Positions 46,261 to 55,560 of a stretch of 55,560 bases of DNA are shown here, piece by piece. Each line of letters starts with the position of its first letter. The stretch's first letter is position 1. Under the pieces are notes generated by a model. That model saw nothing but the letters and a program-made list of their open reading frames with translations. It was not told the origin of the DNA and did not search any database. The position numbers were made by a program, and so were the translations under genes. The DNA is from an uncultured Thermodesulfobacteriota bacterium (GTDB lineage Bacteria > Desulfobacterota > DSWW01 > CAZFWM01). The stretch lies in contig CAZFWM010000002.1 of NCBI GenBank assembly GCA_964522545.1, forward strand, positions 22,289 to 77,848, given 5' to 3'.

Positions 46261-48180
46261 ATGACCCTCTTCGAAAAGAATCTCTCGGCTCTGAGGCTCT
46301 CCGACCCGGGGCTTGCCGAACAGGTCCTGGACACCACGGTGCCGGAGGACTTCGCGGTCGCCACGGATAGAGAGGGCCTTCCCGGGCTGCGGGTGGGGAC
46401 GGTGACCCTCCACAGCCGCTACAATGCGGCCGCCGAAGCCGAGGCTCTCGTGCAGTCCTTTGCCCCTCATGGTGCGGCCGAGGGAGGGGGGGGACCGAAG
46501 CGCATGATGGTCATGGGCCTCGGGCTCTGCCACCACGTCCGAAGTCTCGCCGACCGGTTTCCCGATGCGCGCATCGTGGTCGTTGAGCCCCGGGTGGAGA
46601 TGCTCCGCTGTGCCATGGAGAACGTGGACATGACCGGGCTCCTGAAAAGGGCCGAGCTCGTGGTGGAGGCCGACCCGGCCCGCGCCGCCGGCCACCCGGC
46701 CCTTCGATCCGGGAGCTGGATACCGTTGCGCCCTGCGGCCGGCGAGGAAGCGAACAACAGCGAACGCGAAGAGGACGGGATCTACGAAGGTGAAAGGATC
46801 GTCGAGCATCCCCCTTCTCTGCGTCTCTGGGGGGATTTCTACGAGCGGTTCCGGCGACACCTGGAGCGGTCCGAGGTGAGCACAACCGGAGGCAAGCTCA
46901 AAATCCTCGTCGTGGGCCCCATGTACGGGGGCTCGCTCCCTATAGCCCGATACTGTGTCGAAGCCTTCACCGCCCTGGGCCACGAGGTGATCTTTGCCGA
47001 CCACTCTCCCTTCTATGAACCCTTCGGGGCCATAGACGAGATGACGCCGAACAAGCAGCACCAGAACCAGCTGCGCGGGATGTACTCCACCTTCCTCGGC
47101 GACGGGGTCGTGGCGCGCTGCATCTCGGAAAAACCCGACCTCCTCTTTGCCCTGGCCCAGGCACCGATGCTGCCGGAGACCTTGGAGAAGGTCCGCAAGC
47201 TCGACATTCCCACGGCCTACTGGTTCGTGGAGGATTACCACCAGATGACGTATTGGAAGGAAGTGGCGCCCCTCTATGACTTTTTCTTCACCATCCAGCA
47301 GGGCCGCTTTTTTGAGGAGCTGGAGGCGGCCGGCGTGTACCACCACCACTACCTCCCGCTGGCCGCCGACCCGGCCGTGCACCGCCCGCTGGACCTGGAG
47401 CCCGAGGAGCGTGATGAGCTCGGGAGCGATGTCTCCTTTGTCGGGGCCGGCTATTACAACCGGACCCAGTTCTTCCTCGGCCTGCTCGACTTCGACTTCA
47501 AGATCTGGGGGACCGAGTGGAACCTTTACACCGCGCTCGGCGGCCTGGTCCAGCGCTGTGGGGATCGGATCTCCACCGAGGAGTGCGTGAAGATCTTCAA
47601 CGCGTGCCCCATCAATGTGAACCTCCACTCCTCTACCTACCACCGGGGCGTCCCTCCGGACGGCGACTTCGTGAATCCCCGCACCTTTGAGCTGGCCGCG
47701 GCCGGGGCCTTCCAGCTCGCCGACGAGCGCGCCGAGCTCCCCGCCTTGTTCGAGCCGGGTCGGGAGATCATAACCTTCAGGGACATCGATGACCTGAGGG
47801 CCAAGATACACTACTACCTGGACCGGCCCGACGAACGCTGCGCCGTGGCCGAAGCCGCCCGGGCGCGGGCGCTGCGGGACCACACGTATACAGGGCGGAT
47901 GGCCTCCATGCTCGATCGGGTCTTTTCTCAGGACGCACGGCTGGCCAAGCGGGCCGAATTCCACGACGGCGTAGCCGAGCTGCTCGCCGAATCCGAAGGG
48001 GCCCCGGAGCTCCATGCCTTCTTGAGCCGGTTTCAGGGGCACGAGAAGCTGGCATTGACCGATGTGGTCCGTGAGATCCAGTCTCACAAGGGGGAAGAGA
48101 TGACGGAGACAGAGGGGATCTTCCTCCTCATGGGGGAAGTATGGACCTGGGCCAAAGAGAAACAGTGTGTAGGATTATGA
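46261..48180 (+). CDS. Maf-like N-terminus + CgeB/DUF3880-family glycosyltransferase
   Basis: FEKNLSAL and LHSRY, then YGGSLP, WFVED, YLPLAADP, SFVGAGYYNR, VNPRTFE and HTY. Confidence 0.85.
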   Translation: MTLFEKNLSALRLSDPGLAEQVLDTTVPEDFAVATDREGLPGLRVGTVTLHSRYNAAAEAEALVQSFAPHGAAEGGGGPKRMMVMGLGLCHHVRSLADRFPDARIVVVEPRVEMLRCAMENVDMTGLLKRAELVVEADPARAAGHPALRSGSWIPLRPAAGEEANNSEREEDGIYEGERIVEHPPSLRLWGDFYERFRRHLERSEVSTTGGKLKILVVGPMYGGSLPIARYCVEAFTALGHEVIFADHSPFYEPFGAIDEMTPNKQHQNQLRGMYSTFLGDGVVARCISEKPDLLFALAQAPMLPETLEKVRKLDIPTAYWFVEDYHQMTYWKEVAPLYDFFFTIQQGRFFEELEAAGVYHHHYLPLAADPAVHRPLDLEPEERDELGSDVSFVGAGYYNRTQFFLGLLDFDFKIWGTEWNLYTALGGLVQRCGDRISTEECVKIFNACPINVNLHSSTYHRGVPPDGDFVNPRTFELAAAGAFQLADERAELPALFEPGREIITFRDIDDLRAKIHYYLDRPDERCAVAEAARARALRDHTYTGRMASMLDRVFSQDARLAKRAEFHDGVAELLAESEGAPELHAFLSRFQGHEKLALTDVVREIQSHKGEEMTETEGIFLLMGEVWTWAKEKQCVGL

Positions 48181-49982
48181 AGATCCTGATCGTGAACATG
48201 ACCCGCATGGGCGACCTCATCCAGACCACGCCCCTGATCACCGGCCTGAAGGCCGCACATCCCGGATGCCGGGTGGCCCTGCTGGCGAACCAGAGCTTCG
48301 TGGAGATATGCAGGTTGATCCCCCACCTGGACGCCCTGTACACCTTCGATTTCGACCGGACGATCCGCGAGATCATTGACGAGAGCTTCTCCCTGGTGGA
48401 TAACTTCCACTCCTGCAAGGACCTCATCGACCGGCTCAACGCAGAGCACTTCGACATGGTCATCAATCTCACCCACTCGAAGGTGAGCGCCGTGCTGGTC
48501 TCTCTGCTGAACGCACCCGATGTGCGGGGCCTCGCCCTCTCCAGCGACGGCTACCGCGTGATCCGCCATCCCTGGCTCAACTACTTTTTCAACGCCACGC
48601 TGAACCGCGAGATCAACCGGTTCAACCTGGTCGACATCTACTCGTGCAGCGGAGACGTGAGGGACAACGGGGGCCGCCTGTTGCTCGAGGTCCCCGACGA
48701 GGACCGGGCTTTTGCGGCAGACCTTTTCGGCCGTGCGGGCGTGAAGGAGGGAGACTGGGTCGTCGGCTTCCAGCCGGGGGCGAGCCGATCCGACCGCCTC
48801 TGGCCCACGGAGCGCTTTGCCGCGCTGGGTGATTTGCTCGCGGAGCGCTACAGGGCCAAAATCGTGCTCTTCGGGGCGCCGGGCGAAAAGCCGCTGGGTC
48901 AGGCGATCCGCTCCGGCATGCGTAGTGAGGTCATCGACGCCATCGGCCGGACCAACCTCGGCCAGCTCGCGGCACTCACGGAGCGGTGCTCCGTACTGGT
49001 GACCAACGACACCGGCACGATGCACATCGCAACGGCCATGGGAGCCAAAATCCTGGGACTTTTTCTGGCCACGGCACGGTGCGAGGAGACCGGTCCCTAT
49101 GGAGAAGGGCACATCGTGATCGAGCCGGAGATCCCGTGCAGGCCCTGCAGCCATCAGGTGGAATGCATCGACCCGGTGTGCCTCGACTACGTGACGGTCG
49201 ATCACGTCCTTGCGGGAATCGAGGCTTTGCGATGCTCCGAGAGGCACGAGCCTCCCCGGATCGGTGCCGGGGATTTCAGCCGGGTGAGATTCTTGTGGTC
49301 GGCCTTCGATGAACAGGGACTTCTCGAGTTCATCCCCTTGCTCGCCAAGGCGATCACCAAGTGGGACTTCTTCTTCGACCTCTACCGGGCCATGTGGCTG
49401 AGGACGCTCAAGGGGGAAGAGATCCCCCAATCGCCGGAGCCCTGCACGGCCGAAGAGCTGGCCGCGGCGGGCCGGTACGTGGCGGAGCGTCTCGGCCAGC
49501 GCTACGACTGCTCGGACAGGCAGGCGATCGAGTCTGCCATCGTCCCCGATCTCGAGGCATTTTCCGCTTTGGAGGGGCTCGCCCGGCATGGGGCCTCGAT
49601 GAGCAGCGACCTCCTTCAGATGGCCATGGAAATGAAGCCCCCTGTGGCCGCCATGAAGCAGATCGGCGATGCCCTCCTAAGCAACGATGACAAGATACGC
49701 AACTACGGCCTCATCCATGCGGCGTTGCGGCCCATCACCATGAAATTCATCTTTGGCAAGGAGAACCTGGAGGGAAACGAGATCGTGCCCCTGACCATGA
49801 GGACTTTGGGCCTGTACCAGAGCCTTCAAAGGGAGTCTGAATTCATGGTGGAAGCCGGCCGTGAGGTCTTACTGTCGATAGGTGCAGTAGATAGCTCGGA
49901 CAGGAGCTTGAAGCTCCAGGTCCATGGAGACGAACCGATGAGGATGGAGATCGATAACAGGGGAATCGCACTATCGCCATAG
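48177..49982 (+). CDS. Glycosyltransferase family 9 protein
   Basis: MKILIVNMTRMGDLIQT, FQPGAS, VTNDTGTMHIA and ETGPYG; ATGA coupling to the upstream gene. Confidence 0.92.
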   Translation: MKILIVNMTRMGDLIQTTPLITGLKAAHPGCRVALLANQSFVEICRLIPHLDALYTFDFDRTIREIIDESFSLVDNFHSCKDLIDRLNAEHFDMVINLTHSKVSAVLVSLLNAPDVRGLALSSDGYRVIRHPWLNYFFNATLNREINRFNLVDIYSCSGDVRDNGGRLLLEVPDEDRAFAADLFGRAGVKEGDWVVGFQPGASRSDRLWPTERFAALGDLLAERYRAKIVLFGAPGEKPLGQAIRSGMRSEVIDAIGRTNLGQLAALTERCSVLVTNDTGTMHIATAMGAKILGLFLATARCEETGPYGEGHIVIEPEIPCRPCSHQVECIDPVCLDYVTVDHVLAGIEALRCSERHEPPRIGAGDFSRVRFLWSAFDEQGLLEFIPLLAKAITKWDFFFDLYRAMWLRTLKGEEIPQSPEPCTAEELAAAGRYVAERLGQRYDCSDRQAIESAIVPDLEAFSALEGLARHGASMSSDLLQMAMEMKPPVAAMKQIGDALLSNDDKIRNYGLIHAALRPITMKFIFGKENLEGNEIVPLTMRTLGLYQSLQRESEFMVEAGREVLLSIGAVDSSDRSLKLQVHGDEPMRMEIDNRGIALSP

Positions 49983-50036
49983 ATCATTACAGAATAAGAC
50001 CACGCATTCATTCAAGAAAAGGGAAGGAGACACATC

Positions 50037-50654
50037 ATGGCACAAATCTTTATCGACGGTCAGGAGCGCCGGTTGGACCTCACCGACACCAGGACGCTGG
50101 GCGACATCTTCTCCCGGATCGCCGAGGTCGTGGAGGACACGGGGCGCTTATTGGCTACAGCGATCCTGGACGGGAGTACGCTGTCCGAGGAAGAGACCAA
50201 GGAGCAAATGGAGCTTCCCGCTGATTCAGTGAGCCGGATCGAGGTAGGCACTATGAGCCGCGAGGACCTGGCCATTGACACACTGGATACCATGTCCGAA
50301 TACCTCGGCCGCCTCAATCCCGAGCTCCTCAGGATTGCCGGTCTCTGGAGAGTGGGGAACGACATCCAGGCCAATGAGGCCTTTGTTTTTTGTGTAGAAG
50401 GTCTGCGCTGGTTCAGGCACTCCGTCGATCTTTCACGTCAGGTCCTCCCCAATGATTTCGAGCGGATCACGGACAGCGGCCGGCCCCTCTACGCACTGGA
50501 GGAGCAATTCGACCGAACCGTAGACGACATGCTCTCGGCCCAGTCAGAGGCGGACTGGATCCTGATGGCCGATCTGGTAGAGTACGAGCTCTATCCCCAT
50601 CTGGAGTTGTGGAAGGGGGAGATCAACAAAATCACGGCGGAGAACGCAGCGTGA
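50037..50654 (+). CDS. Conserved hypothetical protein of flagellar glycosylation loci
   Basis: Strong AAGGAG RBS; IFIDG N-terminus; DWILMADLVEYEL C-terminal motif. Confidence 0.75.
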   Translation: MAQIFIDGQERRLDLTDTRTLGDIFSRIAEVVEDTGRLLATAILDGSTLSEEETKEQMELPADSVSRIEVGTMSREDLAIDTLDTMSEYLGRLNPELLRIAGLWRVGNDIQANEAFVFCVEGLRWFRHSVDLSRQVLPNDFERITDSGRPLYALEEQFDRTVDDMLSAQSEADWILMADLVEYELYPHLELWKGEINKITAENAA

Positions 50655-51055
50655 GAACAGGAGGGCATCAGAAGGGTTCCTCTGCGACCCCGGCCACCCT
50701 GTCCATGCTGGCGGATCTGGTCACGCTCGCCGAAAAACAGCACCGGGCCATCCGGATCGGAGACCTGGAAGTCGCGAAGGCGTTGATTCGGAAAAAAGAG
50801 GAGCTGGCTCGGGAGATCATGACGATCAGGGACAGGCAGGACTCTCTTTCTGCCGGAGCGGCCTGGCGGACGGAGGAGGCGAAGCTGCTGCTGGAACGCT
50901 ACCTGGCGCTCGAGTCAGAGTCCCTGGCTTTGCTCTCGACTGAGCGCGACGATGTGTGCCGAAAACGAAAGAAGGTAGGAAGCGGACGCAAGGCCCTGCG
51001 AGGATACCGGCCACAAGGCGGAGGAGGACCGCGATTCTGCGATAGACAAGCGTAG
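50651..51055 (+). CDS. Helical FliT/FlgN-like hypothetical protein
   Basis: GTGA coupling; coiled coil ending ALRGY...RFCDRQA. Confidence 0.55.
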   Translation: MRTGGHQKGSSATPATLSMLADLVTLAEKQHRAIRIGDLEVAKALIRKKEELAREIMTIRDRQDSLSAGAAWRTEEAKLLLERYLALESESLALLSTERDDVCRKRKKVGSGRKALRGYRPQGGGGPRFCDRQA

Positions 51056-51058
51056 AGA

Positions 51059-51140
51059 GGCTTGGGGTATGAGGCTTGCGGCTTGAGGGAGATGGGTGCT
51101 GATTGAAATTCCTCCTCAAGCCCCAGGCCTCAAGTCCCTG
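51059..51140. repeat. Inverted GGCTTGA-type heptamer arrays
   Basis: ggcttgg-ggtatga-ggcttgc-ggcttga ... cctcaag-ccccagg-cctcaag; the same unit occurs five times at 16362-16396. Confidence 0.6.
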
Positions 51141-51411
51141 AAAACTCCCTCCGGCAGAGTGGGCAGGAGAGCATCTCGTCCAGAAGGGCCACCCTGACCC
51201 AGAGTGGCGCCCTGTCGATGGCCGGCTCCCCGATCAGCGGCGCAGCATTCGATTCCGGCGAGCACACACCTGCCGATGCAAGTCCGCTCATCTCCTCCAG
51301 GGCCGCGATCTTTTCCTTATAGAGGTTGAGCAGGACCTCCTCGGGAAGGTTTCTGAAAGAGGAAGTGATGTGCACTTTTCCACTCTTCGTGCTGCTCAAT
51401 TTCGTCTCCAT
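51130..51411 (-). CDS. Small hypothetical protein with C-terminal CxxC
   Basis: METKLSS...CPLCRREFSGT; lies downstream of a sigma54 motif; RBS weak and start uncertain. Confidence 0.35.
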   Translation of the reverse strand: METKLSSTKSGKVHITSSFRNLPEEVLLNLYKEKIAALEEMSGLASAGVCSPESNAAPLIGEPAIDRAPLWVRVALLDEMLSCPLCRREFSGT

Positions 51412-51571
51412 GCGGGACTGGAGTTGAAATGCCCCCAGGGGAGGGGCCACGGGCCAAGTGGAGCCCGACCGGGCTCCTTCACCATGCGCCTCGACCCCTG
51501 TTCCACTTACTGGTTCCATGGCCCGTGGGCCCCTACCCCTGAAAGCCCCAGCCCCATGCCCCGGGATTACT

Positions 51572-51587
51572 AGCATCTTCCGTGCCA
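51572..51587 (-). promoter_or_regulatory. Sigma54-type promoter
   Basis: Minus strand TGGCACGGAAGATGCT, GG-N10-GC. Confidence 0.55.
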
Positions 51588-51834
51588 GCCGATCGGCCTT
51601 ACACAGGGCGGCACCTTCATGAACTCGAAAGGCCCGCATGGCACAAGGGAATTCACTTCAGGGAGCACCTTTGCTCAGACCTGACTTTCACCGGTTCGCC
51701 GACCTTGCCTGTTTCCTATTGTTTACGCTTCGGAAATTTCAACGCTCGAGAAGTGGACACGTAGGGGGGATTTGCCATGAAGGCCTCAAGGCCGTCGAGA
51801 ATGAATGAACGTTCGCACATGGGGTGCCGGCTCT

Positions 51835-53815
51835 CTACTTTGTCTCTATAGCCTCCTTGATGGCCTGAAGGAATGTAACGGTCTCATACGGTTTCTGTAC
51901 AAAGGGAAACCCTCTCTCACGAATTACGGTCCATTGCGATCTTGCATCCGTGTAGCCGGAGCATAGAAGAATTTTCAGCTTCGGTTTTCGCATCAGGATC
52001 TGTTCGGCCAGATGAAGGCCGGACTCATCGGGGAGGACCACATCCGAAAGGACCAGGTGGAAATCTCCCTTTTCCCTGTCAAAGATCTCCAGCGCCTCTT
52101 TCGAATTTTTAGCTTTGAATACGATATAGCCATTCTGATCGAGCAATCTGGCACTGAATTCAAGGACCGGCTCTTCATCCTCCACCATTAAAATCCTCTC
52201 GCCCCTGCCCCTGAGCTCTTGAGATAAAATTTTCTTTTCGACTTCATCTCCCGGAGCTTCAGAAACGGCGGGCAGATAAATCCTGAACGACGAGCCCTGC
52301 CCGGACTCGCTGTAAACGTTGATCCACCCATCGTGCTGTTTGACAATACCGTAGACGACGGAGAGGCCCAGGCCGGTCCCTTCAGCCATCCCCTTGGTCG
52401 TGAAAAAGGGCTCGAAGATTCTATCGACTATGGACTCATCCATCCCGATTCCGGAGTCCTCGACAGAGAGGCAGACGAACTTGCCCGGACGCGCATAGGA
52501 GTATTCCCTGCAGTAGTCATCGTCCACGACGACGTTCTCGGTCCGGATGGTGAGGCTGCCGCCCAAGGGCATGGCGTCGCGGGCGTTGACTACCAGGTTC
52601 ATGATGACCTGCTCGGTCTGCCCCGAGTCGATCTTCACTCTCTCCAGATCCGGAGCGAGGGCCGAGACCAGGACCATGTCCTCCCCGATGAGGCGGCGAA
52701 GCATCTTGTCCATATTGGCGACAAGGGAATTCAGGTCCCTCACCTCCGATCGAAGTCTCTGCTTTCGGCCGTATGCCAGAAGCTGGTGGGTCAGAGCCGC
52801 GGCGCGCAAGGTGGACTTTTTTATCTCTTTTAGGTCCGACATCCTTGGATCGTCAAGGCTGAATTCTTCCAGCAGCATCTCTGTATATCCCGAGATGACC
52901 TGCAGGATGTTGTTGAAGTCATGGGCCACACCGCCGGCCAGCTGGCCCACCGATTCCAACCTTTGCGCGAGGTGGAGCTGCTCCTCGCTCTTCCTCAACG
53001 TCTCCTCGGTCCTCTTGCGTTCGGTAATATTCGCGGGATATCCCCAGTATCCCGATAGGCTGATCTTCCCGGTCGCGCAAAAGACTCATTTTCACCTCAA
53101 CCCACACGGTAGAGCCATCCTTACATTTCATCTCTACCTCCATTGTCTTCGATTGGGATAAGTCCTTTTTATCCTGGCACGCCACGGCCAGTCCCTCTAG
53201 TAGCGCTTTCCTCGAAACTTCGGCGGAGGCGGCGGTCATATTTTCATCGATTGTCTGGGCCATGGCCTCTTCAACAGTAAATCCCCGCAATTTCTCTACT
53301 GAGGGGCTGAGATATGTAAGCTTGAGATTCATGTCTCTGACCCAAATGACATCCGAGGCGTTCTCGGCCAGTAATCGGTAGCGCTTTTCGCTCTCCCGCA
53401 GCGCCTCCTCGGCCTGCTTGCGATCCGTTATGTCTATGTGTGTCGAGAGGCTGTGGATCGGATGACCGCTGGGATCGAAGATGATGTCGGCGTTCAAAAG
53501 GACATCTTTGATTTCGCCCTGCTTTGTGATGATCTGCAGCTCCTCGTTTCTCAGCTTCCCCTCTTTCTTCCATCTTTCGATGAGCTGCCCTGCTTTTTTC
53601 CGCGACGAGGGCGCATAGATTGTGGATATGAGAGGCCTTCCGATCAGTTCATCCTTGCCGGCATAGCCCAGCATCTGCACCGCCACATTATTGCAGTTGA
53701 TTATCCTGCCATCCCGGTCGATATTGTATGCGGGGATCGGTAGTCTTTCGAAATACTGTCCTGATTCGAATTTTTCAGGATTATGCTTCTTCTGTCCCAT
53801 CCTTTTCCTCGACAC
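51835..53815 (-). pseudogene. PAS-PAS hybrid histidine kinase-receiver split by a +1 frameshift near 53030
   Basis: 52919..53815 encodes two PAS/PAC domains; 51835..52998 encodes AGGVAHDFNN, the HATPase boxes and a receiver. Removing one base from cgcgaatattaccgaa restores R-D-I-T-E-R-K. Confidence 0.8.
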
Positions 53816-54401
53816 ATTCAGGGTAGTATTTCTTCAGGCATTCGGGGCAGAGACCGTGGCTGAATTTCGCGTCCGAGCGCTCTTGAATGTAGACCTCCAT
53901 CCGGTGCCACAGTTCCCGGTCATCACGGATCTTATGACAATACATGCAGATGGGAATCAGGCCCTCCAGTGTCTTTATTTGGGAAAGGGCCTCCTGAAGC
54001 TCCTCGACGCGATCCGCCAGGGCGGACTGGAGCTCCACCACCCGCTGACCGACCTGGACGCGTGCACGCAGCTCCTCCTTATGAAAGGGCTTGGCCACGT
54101 AGTCATCGGCACCGGATTCGAGGCCTGTCACAATGTCCTCTTTGCGGTCCAGTGCGGTGAGAATAATGATATACGTCGGATTCGGCGTGTCCTGCTCGCG
54201 AACCTTGCGGCAGATATCGACACCGTCCATTCCGGGCATCATCCAGTCGAGGATGGCAAGTCTGGGCGCGTCCTCGGCCTGAAACGCGGCCCACGCCTCA
54301 TTCCCGTCACAGGTGGAGACCACCTCGTATCCCCACTGTTTCAGCACGGATTCCAAAAGCAGACGTGAAGTCGGATCATCTTCTGCGATAAGTATTTTCA
54401 T
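53781..54401 (-). CDS. Response regulator with C-terminal Cys/His (CxxC...HGLCPEC) domain
   Basis: MKILIAEDD, LDWMMPG, GADDYVAKPF and LIPICMYCHKIRD; AGGAG RBS. Confidence 0.92.
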   Translation of the reverse strand: MKILIAEDDPTSRLLLESVLKQWGYEVVSTCDGNEAWAAFQAEDAPRLAILDWMMPGMDGVDICRKVREQDTPNPTYIIILTALDRKEDIVTGLESGADDYVAKPFHKEELRARVQVGQRVVELQSALADRVEELQEALSQIKTLEGLIPICMYCHKIRDDRELWHRMEVYIQERSDAKFSHGLCPECLKKYYPECVEEKDGTEEA

Positions 54402-54553
54402 CGAACTCCTCCTGAGAGAGTGGCAACAGCTTGAGCATCCCCTTTTTCGAACGCAAAACACATCCACCTCGACGAGTGGACCCGCCTCTCTGTTCTTACT
54501 ATGAAAGCATACTTGATTACAACTGATTTGCTTTGATGGAGCAGGAACCAGAG

Positions 54554-55558
54554 CTAGCTCGCCCCTTCACCGATCAGGACGACAGGGATGGTTTTCAACA
54601 GAATCTTGAAGTCGAGAGCGAGCGACCAGTTATCGATGTATTCAAGATCGAGCTTCATCCACTGGTCGAAGTCGACCTTGTTCCGTCCATTGCACTGCCA
54701 GAGGCATGTGATGCCCGGCTTCACGCTCAGCCGGCGTCGCTGCCATCGCTCGTACTGGCTCACTTCGGAGGGCACCGGGGGCCTGGGCCCGACCAGGCTC
54801 ATATTTCCGGTGAGCACATGGTAGAGCTGGGGGAACTCGTCCAGGCTGTACTTCCTCAGAAATCGACCGATCCGGGTCACCCTTGGATCGTTTTTGATCT
54901 TGAAGACCGGGCCGGACATCTCGTTGAGGTGCTTGAAGCGCTCCTGGATCTTGTCCGCATTCTGCACCATTGTGCGGAATTTGTAGAACTTGAAGACCCG
55001 GCCGTTCAGGCCGCACCGGTCCTGGGAGTATAAGATCGGGCCGGAGGAGGTCACCTTGATCAGGAGCCCGATGAGAGCGAAGACCGGAAGCAACACCGCT
55101 AGGGCGATCGAGGAGACGACCACGTCGATGACCCGCTTGATGAGGAGACGATTGAGATTATCCGGTGTGGTTGAGAGTGTGAGCATGGGGGAGTCCCCGA
55201 TTCGCTCGATGTTCGGCTTAGCCACTTTTGGCTCGAAAAAATCGATCATGGTCCGCGATTTCACGCCCAGCTCCTCGCAGATACCGATGAGCCGCGAAAG
55301 CTCCTTCATGTAGATTATCGGGAGGGAGAAGATCACCTCGTCGATGGGCTGAGTCCAAAGGATCTCCTGAAAGCGATCCGTTGTACCCAGCACCTCCACA
55401 CCGTTGATCTCCCGGCCCAGGCGGTCGGGATCGAGCGTGAGACACCCTGCGATCTTGTACCCCCTGGTGTGATTACGCTGGAACTGCTCGATGATTTGCC
55501 GCGTCCGACCGTCGGCCCCGACAAAGAGAATCGTGCGAAGGTTGTATTCCTTACTTCG
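54554..55558 (-). CDS. Polyprenyl-phosphate sugar phosphotransferase (WcaJ/CpsE-like), 5' end outside window
   Basis: KRVIDV, YKFRTM, DPRVTRIGRFLRKYSLDE, MSLVGPRP and KPGIT; the frame stays open to the window edge. Confidence 0.95.
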   Translation of the reverse strand, partial: RSKEYNLRTILFVGADGRTRQIIEQFQRNHTRGYKIAGCLTLDPDRLGREINGVEVLGTTDRFQEILWTQPIDEVIFSLPIIYMKELSRLIGICEELGVKSRTMIDFFEPKVAKPNIERIGDSPMLTLSTTPDNLNRLLIKRVIDVVVSSIALAVLLPVFALIGLLIKVTSSGPILYSQDRCGLNGRVFKFYKFRTMVQNADKIQERFKHLNEMSGPVFKIKNDPRVTRIGRFLRKYSLDEFPQLYHVLTGNMSLVGPRPPVPSEVSQYERWQRRRLSVKPGITCLWQCNGRNKVDFDQWMKLDLEYIDNWSLALDFKILLKTIPVVLIGEGAS

Positions 55559-55560
55559 CC

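Noticed and set aside
34689-49589. Long antisense ORFs (34689..36233, 39665..41266, 46219..48087, 48084..49589)
   Set aside because: Expected stop-poor mirror frames of GC-rich genes that have clear sense-strand identities.
1-55560. tRNA, rRNA, riboswitch, integrase or transposase genes
   Set aside because: None recognised by eye; a covariance-model and HMM scan would be needed to exclude them fully.

Overview
GC-rich bacterial DNA. Gene content and order suggest a deltaproteobacterial (Desulfobacterota/Myxococcota-like) host; this is an inference. The backbone is a flagellar locus: HDOD protein, fliA, receiver-TPR protein, fliL, flgFGAHIJMNKL, csrA and fliW. It is followed by flagellin/surface-glycan modification genes (an LbH-methyltransferase, a 1886-aa MTase/radical-SAM/3xGT2/TPR protein, two GT9, Maf, CgeB-like), a mazEF-type TA pair, a Fur-boxed fur/fur-feoA-feoA/feoB operon, a secreted papain-family protease, a frameshifted hybrid kinase and a partial sugar transferase. 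Two things stand out. (1) Between fliL and flgF lies an array of three integron-type gene cassettes with no integrase in the window (5577-12195). Their attC sites are decaying, and they encode candidate anti-phage proteins: a DUF6602/NucC-like nuclease, a 1227-aa C-terminal PD-(D/E)xK nuclease, and a RibD-like deaminase fused to HATPase_c_4-wHTH. A fourth, solo GNAT cassette with an intact attC lies at 41.7-42.2 kb. (2) A 504-bp duplicate of the flgF sigma54 promoter plus the first 35 flgF codons is fused in frame to an AT-rich ParB/Srx-like + SAM-methyltransferase gene. This chimera could be flagellar-regulated and possibly flagellar-exported. All domain calls come from motifs recognised by eye, not from database searches.
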